NCBI GenBank assembly: GCA_012026655.1 | Contig: JAAILG010000006.1 | Location: forward strand, 186,001-249,071 | DNA: 63,071 nt | DNA from: Hydrolagus affinis | Taxonomy: Eukaryota | Reading direction: 5' to 3' | Shown: in pieces, positions 62,707 through 63,071 of the stretch | Numbering within the stretch: the first letter of the stretch is position 1 | Layout: the number at the start of each line of letters is the position of its first letter | Translations under genes and position numbers: made by a program | Notes under the pieces: model-generated | The model's input: the letters and a program-made list of their open reading frames with translations, nothing else | Database searches by the model: none | Told to the model about the DNA's origin: nothing

Positions 62707-63071
62707 ACAACAACAACAACAACAACAAATTACATTTATAGAGCGCCTTTCACGTCGGGAGGACGTCCCAAGGCGCTGCACAGGGGGCGTGTGACCCGAG
62801 CTGGGAGGGGAGTGTTTGGGCGGGGGTGAAACATGAAGGGGAGGTCGAAGAATTCGGGGTGGAACAGAAGGCACGGTCGAAGAGGAAAGTCTTCAAACCA
62901 GCCTTGAAAGAGGAAAGGGAAGAAACGAGACGAAGGGATTGGGGGATAGAATTCCATAGGGTGGGAGCGGAAAAACTGAAGGCCCGGCCTCCGATGGTGG
63001 GGCGGTTCGGGCGGGGGGCTTGGAGCAGGCCGAGTCCTGCTGAACGGAGGGTCCGGGTGGGCTTGTAGGGG
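62707..63071 (-). mobile_element. Young L2 LINE 3' end (subfamily A), continues beyond the window
   Basis: (caa)n tail; CpG-rich; open frame 63070-62750 PYKPTRTLRSAGLGLLQAPR...IGGRAFSFSAPTLWNSIPQSLR...SLSSFKAGLKTFLFDRAF, the typical L2 ORF2 C-terminus. Confidence 0.95.

Noticed and set aside
266-63068. Most 60-130 aa ORFs in the supplied track
   Set aside because: No recognisable domains, low-complexity or SINE-derived, expected by chance; only the LINE- and Tigger-derived frames carry real protein motifs
62826-63068. 80-aa Arg/Glu-rich plus-strand ORF
   Set aside because: Antisense shadow of the GC-rich L2 ORF2
1-63071. CRISPR array, operon or other prokaryotic/viral system
   Set aside because: No regularly spaced repeats, no long ORFs or gene density; the sequence is vertebrate non-coding DNA dominated by SINEs and LINEs

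Overview
AT-rich vertebrate genomic DNA with no recognisable host protein-coding exon. It reads as a large intron or gene desert. The repeat inventory points to a cartilaginous fish, plausibly a holocephalan such as the elephant shark (inference from recalled repeat families, not from a search). The window holds about 40 full or partial tRNA-derived SINEs. One family carries a Deu-like central domain, and a second, shorter family shares its 3' half. There are about 30 L2 LINE fragments, mostly very short 3' ends, plus one young copy at the right edge and one dead RT fragment. Several CR1 fragments occur, one with an open 197-aa ORF2 C-terminus. A 747-bp Tigger/pogo-like non-autonomous DNA transposon has TIRs, TA target duplications and two inverted transposase N-terminal remnants. 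A family of small palindromic MITE-like elements is also present. Between the repeats lie several unique blocks rich in homeobox-type motifs that look like conserved non-coding elements, some of them degenerate long palindromes. Almost all ORFs in the supplied track appear spurious. I found no convincing novel multi-gene system. The most interesting signals concern transposon biology: an L2 ORF2 reading into its own 3' stem-loop, covarying stem-loops, an excess of TAC[A/T]GTA footprints, and palindromic CNE-like blocks. All alignments and counts were done by eye, and boundaries of degraded repeats are approximate.
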